Shown here one piece after another: positions 1-6,870 of a stretch of DNA of 34,600 nt. Source of the stretch: a virus; the IMG/VR virus record IMGVR_UViG_3300025917_000011, positions 1-34,600 of that record; one strand, written 5' to 3'. The notes beneath the pieces are model-generated. The model ran no database searches, was not told where the DNA came from, and worked only from the letters and a program-made list of their open reading frames with translations. The stretch's first letter is position 1; each line of letters opens with the position of its first letter. The position numbers and the translations under genes are program-made.

Positions 1-127
1 AGGATGCGCAGCCATGAAAGCCAATGGAACAGCAAGGGTCAAAGTTTGTCGGGCCCTCGCGCCGAGTGCGGCGCCCACCACCAAGACAGTTGATGTACGC
101 ATCACTGCGAAACGCGTCTATGTGCCT
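1..127. repeat. Terminal direct duplication, left copy; identical to 34474-34600. Read as a circular-assembly overlap.
   Basis: Base-by-base comparison of the window start (aggatgcgcagccatgaaag...) with 34474-34600. The repeat lies inside coding sequence: it spans the stop of 34296..34490 and the start of the ORF at 14/34487. Confidence 0.9.
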
Positions 128-232
128 TTGCTTGATCTTGTATTCGATCGAGAAACCCATCGCATGGTGAGCGCATTCAACCCGTACAGCGCATACAGCT
201 ATCGGCTGGAGTCTTACGAGGCGCAGCCATGA
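14..232 (+). CDS. Hypothetical early protein, 72 aa.
   Basis: ORF track. In the duplicated copy its ATG (34487) overlaps the stop of 34296..34490 (ATGA), so it belongs to the rightward early operon that crosses the artificial junction. Confidence 0.5.
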   Translation: MKANGTARVKVCRALAPSAAPTTKTVDVRITAKRVYVPLLDLVFDRETHRMVSAFNPYSAYSYRLESYEAQP

Positions 233-402
233 ACGCCGAACGCCTCGCGGCCCTAGCGCTGCTAGACAGCATGCAGCGCACGACGCCCGGCGGCATCCGT
301 CGCGAGCAGTTCTTGCGCAGGCACCCGCTCAAGACTCTAGCGGCGGCCCTCCCTTTCCTTGCGCTCGCGGTCTTCGCTGCGTTCGCAATCATCACTCGTT
401 GA
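229..402 (+). CDS. Small protein, 57 aa, with a hydrophobic C-terminal segment (LAAALPFLALAVFAAFAII).
   Basis: Hand translation; below the ORF-track size cutoff. ATGA overlap with the upstream stop at 230-232. Third codon positions are GC-rich. Confidence 0.4.
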   Translation: MNAERLAALALLDSMQRTTPGGIRREQFLRRHPLKTLAAALPFLALAVFAAFAIITR

Positions 403-419
403 CTCACAGGAGAGTAGAA

Positions 420-701
420 ATGGTTGCAAATAAATCCATCATCGAACGTCCCGTCATCGTCTGCACCGAACATCGCGGAGTTTTCTTCGGGTATGCAGGC
501 GACACGCGTGCCACCGAAATCAAACTTAAGAAAGCGCGCATGGCGATTTCGTTCGGCACCACGCGTGGCGTGATGGAACTGGCTGAAACCGGCCCGACCT
601 CGCGCAGCAAGATCAGCGCCCGCGCCGATATCGATGTGCGCAAAGTCACCGCTGTTTTCGAAGTGACGCCGGCTGCTGCGGAGAAATGGGAGGCAGCATG
701 A
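420..701 (+). CDS. Hypothetical phage protein, 93 aa.
   Basis: ORF 399..701 trimmed to the ATG at 420, which has a GGAGA Shine-Dalgarno 7 nt upstream. Its stop overlaps the next start. Confidence 0.6.
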   Translation: MVANKSIIERPVIVCTEHRGVFFGYAGDTRATEIKLKKARMAISFGTTRGVMELAETGPTSRSKISARADIDVRKVTAVFEVTPAAAEKWEAA

Positions 702-1210
702 ACGCCTGGGCATACAAGCCTGTCGTGACCGTGATCGACGTGCTGGATACCGGCGCATGCATCGGTGGCGTGAAGGCCTTCGTGCTCAAACACGGGCTCG
801 CCATCGTCCGCAAAGCCGCTGATTTTCTCGACATCGAATGGATTCAGCGCGCCGCGATGAACGGCTACGGCTACGACTACGGCTACGGCTACGGCTACGG
901 CTACGGCTACGGCGACGGCTACGGCTACGGCGACGGCTACGGCGACGGCGACGGCTACGGCTACGGCGACGGCGACGGCTACGGCTACGGCGACGGCTAC
1001 GGCGACGGCGACGGCTACGGCGACGGCGACGGCTACGGCTACGGCTACGGCGACGGCTACGGCTACGGCGACGGCGACGGCGACGGCTACGGCTACGGCT
1101 ACGGCTACGGCTACGGCGACGGCGACGGCTACGGCGACGGCGACGGCTACGGCGACGGCTACGGCGACGGCGACGGCTACGGCTACGGCTACGGCGACGT
1201 GCTGAAATGA
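698..1210 (+). CDS. Early protein, 170 aa: a 55-aa N-terminal domain followed by a 112-aa Gly-Tyr/Gly-Asp dipeptide repeat tail.
   Basis: ORF 686..1210 trimmed to the ATG at 698 (GGGAGG upstream, ATGA overlap with the previous stop). Its own stop overlaps the next ATG at 1207. Confidence 0.6.
   Translation: MNAWAYKPVVTVIDVLDTGACIGGVKAFVLKHGLAIVRKAADFLDIEWIQRAAMNGYGYDYGYGYGYGYGYGDGYGYGDGYGDGDGYGYGDGDGYGYGDGYGDGDGYGDGDGYGYGYGDGYGYGDGDGDGYGYGYGYGYGDGDGYGDGDGYGDGYGDGDGYGYGYGDVLK
863..1198 (+). repeat. Tandem hexanucleotide array, 56 units: 32 GGCTAC, 23 GGCGAC, 1 GACTAC.
   Basis: Counted unit by unit from the sequence. There are no other substitutions and no indels. All six frames are open across it. 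Confidence 0.95.
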
Positions 1211-1392
1211 ACAAACAAGATCGTGAGCTTGCCACGCCTGTTCCGGCTCCCCTCCCGGAACAACCCCAACACCTTGCGGAGGACAGGGTGCAAGCCTCCT
1301 CCTCCCTTTTCCCCTTGGACAAGCACGCGTTGCCCGACATGACTCCCGAACAATGGGCAGCATGGGAGCGGGAACGCTGCGGGCCTTGGTAA
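1207..1392 (+). CDS. Hypothetical protein, 61 aa (MNKQDRELATPVPAPLPEQ...).
   Basis: Distal part of ORF 838..1392, starting at the ATG that overlaps the upstream TGA (ATGA). Confidence 0.4.
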   Translation: MNKQDRELATPVPAPLPEQPQHLAEDRVQASSSLFPLDKHALPDMTPEQWAAWERERCGPW

Positions 1393-1484
1393 CAAACGTC
1401 AGCGCTGGACGGACCTGAAAGCAGCGCGCCGTGGCGGCCCGGAGACCGACCGCCCAACCTCAACCCATGAACGAGGACAACGAA

Positions 1485-2147
1485 ATGACCATGACCTTTC
1501 CCACAGGCGGCACCGGAGGCGACTTCAAGCGCGTTCCGGCAGGATCACATATTGCAGTGTGCAACTTGATTGCCGATTGTGGCATGCAGCCCGGCTCCCC
1601 CCTTTACCCATCGCCCAAACACAAGCTGTACATCCGTTTCGAGATTCCGGCTGAACGCGTGGAGTACGAAAAAGATGGTCAGACAATTGAAGGCCCCATG
1701 ACCATCGGATCGTTCTACACCGCCTCGATGAACGAAAAGGCCACCTTGCGCAAGCAGCTCGAAAGCTGGCGCGGACGCGCCTTCACCGATGAAGAAGCCG
1801 CACAATTCGACGTGTCCGCGATCTTGGGCAAAGGCTGCATGTTGTCAGTCGTGCATTCCGAAAATGGTGGCAAGACCTACGCCAACATTGTTGGTATTGG
1901 ATCGTTGCCTCGAGGCGTGCCGATTCCGGAGCCAGAAAATCCGCTGCTGTATTACGACGATCAATCGCCTGCCGTGGACCTGGACAAATTGCCCAAGTGG
2001 TTGCAGGACAAGATCAATGGACAACTGACCGGGCCTGTACCACAAGTGTCGGATACGCTCCCGGATCAAGGTGGGGCTGGCGGCGGATTCGAGGATGATG
2101 AAATCCCGTTCGCCCCGCTTGGCAAACATTCGCACTGGATTGCCTGA
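1485..2147 (+). CDS. Phage single-stranded DNA-binding protein, DUF669 type.
   Basis: Shows the DUF669-like pattern (YTASMNEKATLRKQLESWRGRAFTDEE ... GKTYANI). The acidic C-terminal tail FEDDEIPF is typical of SSB partner-binding tips. GAGGA lies 9 nt before the ATG at 1485; alternative in-frame starts are 1467 and 1431. Confidence 0.75.
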   Translation: MTMTFPTGGTGGDFKRVPAGSHIAVCNLIADCGMQPGSPLYPSPKHKLYIRFEIPAERVEYEKDGQTIEGPMTIGSFYTASMNEKATLRKQLESWRGRAFTDEEAAQFDVSAILGKGCMLSVVHSENGGKTYANIVGIGSLPRGVPIPEPENPLLYYDDQSPAVDLDKLPKWLQDKINGQLTGPVPQVSDTLPDQGGAGGGFEDDEIPFAPLGKHSHWIA

Positions 2148-2172
2148 TACGCCACTCACAGAGGATTGCGGG

Positions 2173-2370
2173 ATGAGCAATGACATACGCAAACACCCAC
2201 GGCCCCAACAGGCGTGGGGCGTCTACAACTGGGGTCTGCTATCGGCCATTGCGCGTACACGCCGCGAAGCTATCGCAATGGTTCAGGATCGGCGCGGGCT
2301 GTCATGGACAGAGGCCAAGAAATACATGGAAGTCCACAAGGTAATTGTGAGTAAGAAGGAGACCCCATGA
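2173..2370 (+). CDS. Hypothetical protein, 65 aa.
   Basis: ORF 2071..2370 trimmed to the ATG at 2173, preceded by GAGGA. Confidence 0.5.
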   Translation: MSNDIRKHPRPQQAWGVYNWGLLSAIARTRREAIAMVQDRRGLSWTEAKKYMEVHKVIVSKKETP

Positions 2371-2816
2371 ACGCCGACAAGCTTGCGCAGGCTTTGCGCG
2401 CATTTCCAGAAGACCCAAATCCCTTCACTTATCGGCGCGCATATGCAAAAGCTCAAGCAGCCCTCGCCGAGCACGACGCCCAACCCGCGCAAGCAGCGCA
2501 ACCGGTGGGCGTCCCTGCCGGATGGATGTTCGAAGAACTCGATGGCGGATTCGTCCATGTTGAATCGCCTCAGACGCTGGCCGTGAACCTCGGGTATTAC
2601 CCGGAAGGGAACGCAACTGCGTCGCAACTACTACGCCTCTTGGCATGCGCCCTATTAGCCCCGCAGCCACCAGCGCAGCCGAGCGCGGATGCGGTAAGCA
2701 TCGCTGCCGAAATTTCGACGCGGCCGGAGTTCGCCAAGTACGAAGCTCCGCTGATCCTGGACATCGTGCGCGAAACGCTCAAAGCAGCCCGCGCGGCGGA
2801 GGGTGGGAAATCATGA
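2367..2816 (+). CDS. Hypothetical protein, 149 aa.
   Basis: ORF track. GGAGA Shine-Dalgarno upstream and ATGA overlap with the upstream stop. Confidence 0.55.
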   Translation: MNADKLAQALRAFPEDPNPFTYRRAYAKAQAALAEHDAQPAQAAQPVGVPAGWMFEELDGGFVHVESPQTLAVNLGYYPEGNATASQLLRLLACALLAPQPPAQPSADAVSIAAEISTRPEFAKYEAPLILDIVRETLKAARAAEGGKS

Positions 2817-3058
2817 GCGCAAGCAACGCAACAGTGGCGACGGGTCATCACTGCGGCAGACCGATAGGCGGCGTTGCAACGTGGCTAGGCGGATTGCCAC
2901 ACCACCCCGAATGCACGCATGGACCTGGCTACCCGACGCACTATGCACCCCTCGCGTCTGAACATGAAGGGTGCAAGCCGCTGCACCAGATAACTGAAAA
3001 CGATGTGCGCCGGATCGTCAGGGAAGAACTGGCGCGCGTAGCGCGTCCGCTGGAATGA
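2813..3058 (+). CDS. Hypothetical Cys/His-containing protein, 81 aa.
   Basis: ORF 2645..3058 trimmed to the ATG at 2813, which overlaps the upstream stop (ATGA). Confidence 0.5.
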   Translation: MSASNATVATGHHCGRPIGGVATWLGGLPHHPECTHGPGYPTHYAPLASEHEGCKPLHQITENDVRRIVREELARVARPLE

Positions 3059-3089
3059 CGAGTTAGGTTGCGTACGGCCGAAGAAAATC

Positions 3090-3317
3090 ATGGGACAAGC
3101 TCAAGACATGTTTGCGGCATTGATGCCGCCGAAGCCGCCTAGGGCAAAGCCGCGCGTGATGATGCACGTCACCGATGGCGGATACGTGGATGGGCTGGGC
3201 GACGCCGCAACGTTTAAGTGCGACCGGTGCGGCCATGAATCTGACTGGACGCGGATCAATGGGGTCACGGATGTCAGGCGCGGATTCCCGTGCCCGAAGT
3301 GCAACGAAGCAACCTAA
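3090..3317 (+). CDS. Small zinc-ribbon protein, 75 aa (CDRC ... CPKC).
   Basis: ORF track; two CxxC pairs. Bracketed by the inverted 10-12-mer GAGTTAGGTTGC / GCAACCTAAC. Confidence 0.55.
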   Translation: MGQAQDMFAALMPPKPPRAKPRVMMHVTDGGYVDGLGDAATFKCDRCGHESDWTRINGVTDVRRGFPCPKCNEAT

Positions 3318-3379
3318 CGCTGGAAATCAGCCGCCGCGTAGCGGTCGGCTGGATTGACTTATTGGACGGCAGGAGACGA

Positions 3380-3613
3380 ATGGTGCGAGTGCTCTCATTG
3401 AAGAAAAACCGACCGGAATACCTGCGCCGAGTGCGCGCGCAAACGCTGGCATGGATAAACGGACGACCCTACCACGATCCCGTGACCAATGAATGCTGCC
3501 CTGATTTTTCATGTTGCAAACCATCGCTGTTTACAAAAGACGCCGAACAGCGGCAACGCGAAGGGCTGGAAATGCTGCGTCGCGAGGGCGCGGATATGCC
3601 GCCCAACGGCTGA
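3380..3613 (+). CDS. Hypothetical Cys-rich protein, 77 aa (ECCPDFSCC).
   Basis: ORF 3290..3613 trimmed to the ATG at 3380, which lies behind AGGAG. Confidence 0.45.
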   Translation: MVRVLSLKKNRPEYLRRVRAQTLAWINGRPYHDPVTNECCPDFSCCKPSLFTKDAEQRQREGLEMLRREGADMPPNG

Positions 3614-3685
3614 ATTTAGGCGCCGTTGCGAAGCAACGGTCGCCTGGAATGAATTGTTGGGCGGCAACCGCCTACGGAGAACAGC

Positions 3686-3922
3686 ATGGACATTTATTTG
3701 AACGGGGAGAAGGTGACAGTGCAGCCGGGGCGTGGGAGCAAGCCTGGTGCGCGCATGAGCGCGAGCTACGAACTGCTCGCCGAACTTGCAGGTTTGAAGG
3801 GTTGCATGCCGACGATCACATGGCGCGCGCCGGACAAGACCATGGGCCACGTGGGGATGGGCCAAAGGGTGCAGCTTGTTGAAGGCATGCAGATTGACGC
3901 TTGTGTCACCGGATGTGCGTAA
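3686..3922 (+). CDS. Hypothetical protein, 78 aa; possibly a beta-grasp (ubiquitin-like) fold.
   Basis: ORF track with a GGAGA Shine-Dalgarno. The MDIYLNGEKVTV ... RVQLVEGMQIDA pattern resembles ThiS/multiubiquitin-type small domains; this is a weak impression only. Confidence 0.5.
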   Translation: MDIYLNGEKVTVQPGRGSKPGARMSASYELLAELAGLKGCMPTITWRAPDKTMGHVGMGQRVQLVEGMQIDACVTGCA

Positions 3923-3925
3923 CCG

Positions 3926-4150
3926 ATGAAACTGACCGCCTCGCAAGCTGCATGGCTGCGCTGGCTGGCCGAACGTGGCGGCTCTGGATACCTGGACCGC
4001 TACGGACGAGTGAATGCGCAGGGCGAGAATGCACCCCTCGCAGCATGGCCGGCATGGATGAACCTTGTGGCTGCCGGGTTGCTGGCTGGCGGCGAGCAGC
4101 GCCTGACGATCACGGATTACGGCAAGCAACATTTGCCGCCCAACAGTTGA
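3926..4150 (+). CDS. Hypothetical protein, 74 aa.
   Basis: ORF track. Same strand and tight spacing within the early operon. Confidence 0.45.
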   Translation: MKLTASQAAWLRWLAERGGSGYLDRYGRVNAQGENAPLAAWPAWMNLVAAGLLAGGEQRLTITDYGKQHLPPNS

Positions 4151-4205
4151 GTTGTGCGGCGCGAGCGATTAGCGAGCGTCCGAACGAACGAGGAGTTAGG
4201 TTGCC

Positions 4206-4454
4206 ATGAGCGCCCTAAGACACATTGAGCTGCTTTGCGACATTTGCGAAAACTCTGAATGGCTTGCGGGCAGGACTGTAGCAGCCGTCAGGGCCGAGGC
4301 AAGGCGGCGCGGCTGGCGGGTGGCGCTGCACAAGTCCAAGGTGCCACAAGCCGAGGACGCTCCGTGGCGCGGCAGCAGGAAGGACGTTTGCCCGCGATGC
4401 GCTAAACAACCTAACTCTGTTTTAGACCCCCAAAACAGCAATATGCACCCTTAA
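4206..4454 (+). CDS. Small zinc-ribbon protein, 82 aa (CDIC ... CPRC).
   Basis: ORF track. Same CxxC...CP[KR]C architecture as 3090..3317 and bracketed by the same inverted 11-12-mer. Confidence 0.55.
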   Translation: MSALRHIELLCDICENSEWLAGRTVAAVRAEARRRGWRVALHKSKVPQAEDAPWRGSRKDVCPRCAKQPNSVLDPQNSNMHP

Positions 4455-4467
4455 ACGAGCGTTAATC

Positions 4468-4665
4468 ATGACTGACACTGATGATTACAGAACCGCGACT
4501 GCGCCGCTTCAAAACATGACATTCACAGACTTCGTGCGATGGGCGGTTTTGGAATTGCTCAACAATGGCGAAACACAGATTGAATTTGAGATTCCCGGCA
4601 TGTCGCAAGATGGAGTCAAAAAATACATGCTCGCCTTCCAGGTGCGCCTTGAGGAGGTGCAATGA
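4468..4665 (+). CDS. Hypothetical protein, 65 aa.
   Basis: ORF track. Its stop overlaps the next ATG. Confidence 0.45.
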   Translation: MTDTDDYRTATAPLQNMTFTDFVRWAVLELLNNGETQIEFEIPGMSQDGVKKYMLAFQVRLEEVQ

Positions 4666-5033
4666 CTGACACAACCCTGCCGCCCGAGGTCGCGGAAGCG
4701 ATGCCGGAGGGTGCACAAACCGAGCTGCAAGTGTTGGCTAATTACATTGAGCCAGGGGACGCAAGCGTGGCCTTCCACCTGATAGCAAGACGATTGCACA
4801 TCCTCGCCGAGGAAAACGCGCGGCTGCTGGCGGCGAACCGTGACTGCGTGGATCACTTCGAGCAGATGCGGGCCGAACGCGACGCGCTCAAGGCGAGGAT
4901 CGCGGAGGCGAGGCGAGTGATGCTCGGCACGTATCCGGCGCACGGTAGCGGCTACGTGCAGATTGTCTCCGACCCCGCGAATGGGATTGGCGACGAAACC
5001 TTCGCCCTGCTCAAGCTGGAGGACGGCGAATGA
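4662..5033 (+). CDS. Hypothetical coiled-coil protein, 123 aa.
   Basis: ORF track; GAGGAGG Shine-Dalgarno directly upstream. Confidence 0.55.
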   Translation: MTDTTLPPEVAEAMPEGAQTELQVLANYIEPGDASVAFHLIARRLHILAEENARLLAANRDCVDHFEQMRAERDALKARIAEARRVMLGTYPAHGSGYVQIVSDPANGIGDETFALLKLEDGE

Positions 5034-5299
5034 ACTGGCAACCGATTGAGACTTGTCCGAGGGACGGCTCGTGCTTCCTAGTCTGGGTGCACGCGGAAAC
5101 TCACGGCGAAAACGATGAAGGTTTCCCCACGGTTGCCGACAATTCCTATGCGGACATTGGATGGTGGCGCGCTGGGACCGATCCTGTTCTATATGGCTAC
5201 GTTGACTTCGGCGGCCAGAACACGCACCACGTAGACGAGCCGGAGTATTGGATGCCCCTACCACCACCGCCAAGCTGGAGGACGGCGAGCGGTGAGTGA
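5030..5299 (+). CDS. DUF551-family phage protein.
   Basis: The N-terminal W.PIETCPRDG and C-terminal EYWMPLPPPP match the DUF551 signature (W..i...P ... HWMPLPePP). GGAGGA Shine-Dalgarno upstream. Confidence 0.65.
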   Translation: MNWQPIETCPRDGSCFLVWVHAETHGENDEGFPTVADNSYADIGWWRAGTDPVLYGYVDFGGQNTHHVDEPEYWMPLPPPPSWRTASGE

Positions 5300-6116
5300 A
5301 GATAGCCAGCATTGGTACTTGCCGGATGGCACGCCGTTCTACGAATGCAAGGCGCGCGATGGACACATGCGTCCTGTCACGCTTCGTGACGCCCGCAAGG
5401 TTCACGCCGTGCCCAGCGTCACCACCGTATTATCCGTGGTGGCCAAGCCGAATCTGGAAGCTTGGAAAGTCCAGCAAGGGATTCTCGCCGCGCTGACGTT
5501 GCCACGCCGCCCAGACGAATCCGAGGTGGACTGGCTGCAAAGGGTGCGCGACGACGCCAAGGCGCAGGCCAAGGCTGCCGCCGAGGAAGGCTCACGCATC
5601 CACGCGGCCCTCGAAGCCCACGCACGCGGCCAAGCGTATCCCCAGCGCTATCAGCCCCACGTACAGGTTGTCTGGGCCGAGATTGCGAAACTGTACCCGG
5701 ACATCACGGACTGGGTGCCGGAAACCCGCTTTGCCCATCCGGATGGTTTCGGCGGCATGTGCGACCTGCACTCGCCCTCGACGGGCGTGTGTCTGGACTA
5801 CAAAGGCAAGGATGGGGACTTTTCGGACGGGAAGCGCATGGCCTACGACCAGCATTGGCAACTGGCGGGCTACCAGCGCGGCATGGAACTCCCCAAGGCG
5901 ACGTGCGCCAGCGTATTTGTATCCCGCACGCATCCTGGCAAAGTAGCCAGCCACGTCTGGAGCACCGAGGACATGCAGCAAGGCCAGCGGGTGTTTGATG
6001 CCGCGCTGGCGCTCTGGCAGGCGATCAAGAATTACCCGGCGGCGCAGTCCGCCCAGATGATAGCCTCTTCGAGGTACGGCGTGTCGACGGACCATCCGGA
6101 CGGCAACCGCAGGTAG
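5292..6116 (+). CDS. PD-(D/E)XK exonuclease, RecB/Cas4-like.
   Basis: Ordered motifs GSRIHAALE, GGMCDLH, CLDYKGK and QLAGY fit the RecB-family nuclease motif set. GTG start with GGAGGA 9 nt upstream. Confidence 0.8.
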   Translation: MSEDSQHWYLPDGTPFYECKARDGHMRPVTLRDARKVHAVPSVTTVLSVVAKPNLEAWKVQQGILAALTLPRRPDESEVDWLQRVRDDAKAQAKAAAEEGSRIHAALEAHARGQAYPQRYQPHVQVVWAEIAKLYPDITDWVPETRFAHPDGFGGMCDLHSPSTGVCLDYKGKDGDFSDGKRMAYDQHWQLAGYQRGMELPKATCASVFVSRTHPGKVASHVWSTEDMQQGQRVFDAALALWQAIKNYPAAQSAQMIASSRYGVSTDHPDGNRR

Positions 6117-6199
6117 TACATTTCGCCGATACGGATGACCCGCACGCTGGCACGGGTCCAGCGGCCCCACGATGCAATGCGGTTACGCTTGGCGTGCAT
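6032..6199 (-). CDS. Possible 55-aa ORF, the last gene of the leftward operon.
   Basis: ORF 6032..6223 trimmed to the ATG at 6199. It overlaps the 3' end of the convergent exonuclease gene by 85 nt, so it is doubtful. Confidence 0.2.
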   Translation of the reverse strand: MHAKRNRIASWGRWTRASVRVIRIGEMYYLRLPSGWSVDTPYLEEAIIWADCAAG

Positions 6200-6383
6200 G
6201 ACGCGCCCCTCCATTGGTCGCATTCATTTCCACCAGCGCGAGCCTCAAGCACTCCGCGCATGCGTTGAACAGCTCGGCGTTCAATCCGCACGGCGTATCG
6301 GCCAGAACCTGACGGAGGAAGGTGTACACCTTGCGCCCGGCAGCCATGCGTGCGGCGCGTTTCTTGCCAAGAGGCCGATTCAT
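6183..6383 (-). CDS. Hypothetical basic protein, 66 aa.
   Basis: ORF 6183..6515 trimmed to the ATG at 6383, which overlaps the upstream stop (ATGA). Confidence 0.45.
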   Translation of the reverse strand: MNRPLGKKRAARMAAGRKVYTFLRQVLADTPCGLNAELFNACAECLRLALVEMNATNGGARHARQA

Positions 6384-6676
6384 GACTGCGCTTCCCGAGC
6401 ATCGCGGAATCCCGCCCGATACGCGTGCATCAGGCTGAACAGATCGCGGGCACTTCCGGCCCTCAAGAGGGACCGCTCGCCGCCGCGTTCGTTCGTAATC
6501 TCGCTCAATCCCCACGCCAAGCCGTTGAGCGTCGATCCGCGGTTGATGATCAACTTGCCCACCAGCGCCACCAATCGATCCCCGTGGCGCGTGTAGGTGT
6601 AATCGTTCGGACGCCCCATCTCCCGCGCCATGATATCGCGCAGCGCGTTCAGGTCTTTTACCGTGATCCTATTCAT
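6380..6676 (-). CDS. Hypothetical protein, 98 aa (MNRITVKDLNALRDIM...).
   Basis: ORF 6380..6799 trimmed to the ATG at 6676, which overlaps the upstream stop (ATGA). Confidence 0.55.
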   Translation of the reverse strand: MNRITVKDLNALRDIMAREMGRPNDYTYTRHGDRLVALVGKLIINRGSTLNGLAWGLSEITNERGGERSLLRAGSARDLFSLMHAYRAGFRDAREAQS

Positions 6677-6825
6677 GACCGCGCCCTCCGCTTCATGGCT
6701 GCAAGTTGCGCCTTCGTCGGCGGCTTCACCTTCAGCGGAGCGAGCTTGACCCGCGCCTCTTCCCGTACCGCCTTGCATTCCGCGATCCACTCCGCCCAAG
6801 ACCGTTCATCCACCTTCGTATCCAT
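6673..6825 (-). CDS. Hypothetical protein, 50 aa (MDTKVDERSWAEWIAECKAVREEARVKLAPLKVKPPTKAQLAAMKRRARS).
   Basis: Hand translation; below the ORF-track cutoff. GAGGG lies 8 nt upstream. It is the first gene downstream of the sigma-54-like promoter. Confidence 0.4.
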   Translation of the reverse strand: MDTKVDERSWAEWIAECKAVREEARVKLAPLKVKPPTKAQLAAMKRRARS

Positions 6826-6870
6826 GGCTCAACCCTCAATCAAGCAACCCAAGCGGCTGCACCATAGGTA

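Noticed and set aside
863-1198. The repeat array as a CRISPR locus or satellite spacer array.
   Set aside because: The units are 6 bp and contiguous, with no spacers. The array lies in frame inside an ORF and there are no cas genes.
404-1463. Long ORFs on both strands across 838-1400 encoding poly(Ala-Val), poly(Arg-Leu/Arg-Arg) and poly(Arg-Ser) (404..1363 -, 786..1463 -, 838..1392 +).
   Set aside because: They are alternative readings of the hexamer array, which has no stops in any frame. Only the Gly-Tyr/Gly-Asp frame has a Shine-Dalgarno, start-stop coupling to its neighbours and a non-repetitive N-terminal domain. Only the non-repeat distal part of 838..1392 (1207..1392) is kept.
5462-5998. 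178-aa alternative-frame ORF within the exonuclease gene.
   Set aside because: It is an Arg/Pro/Gly-rich shadow frame. The annotated frame carries the full nuclease motif set.
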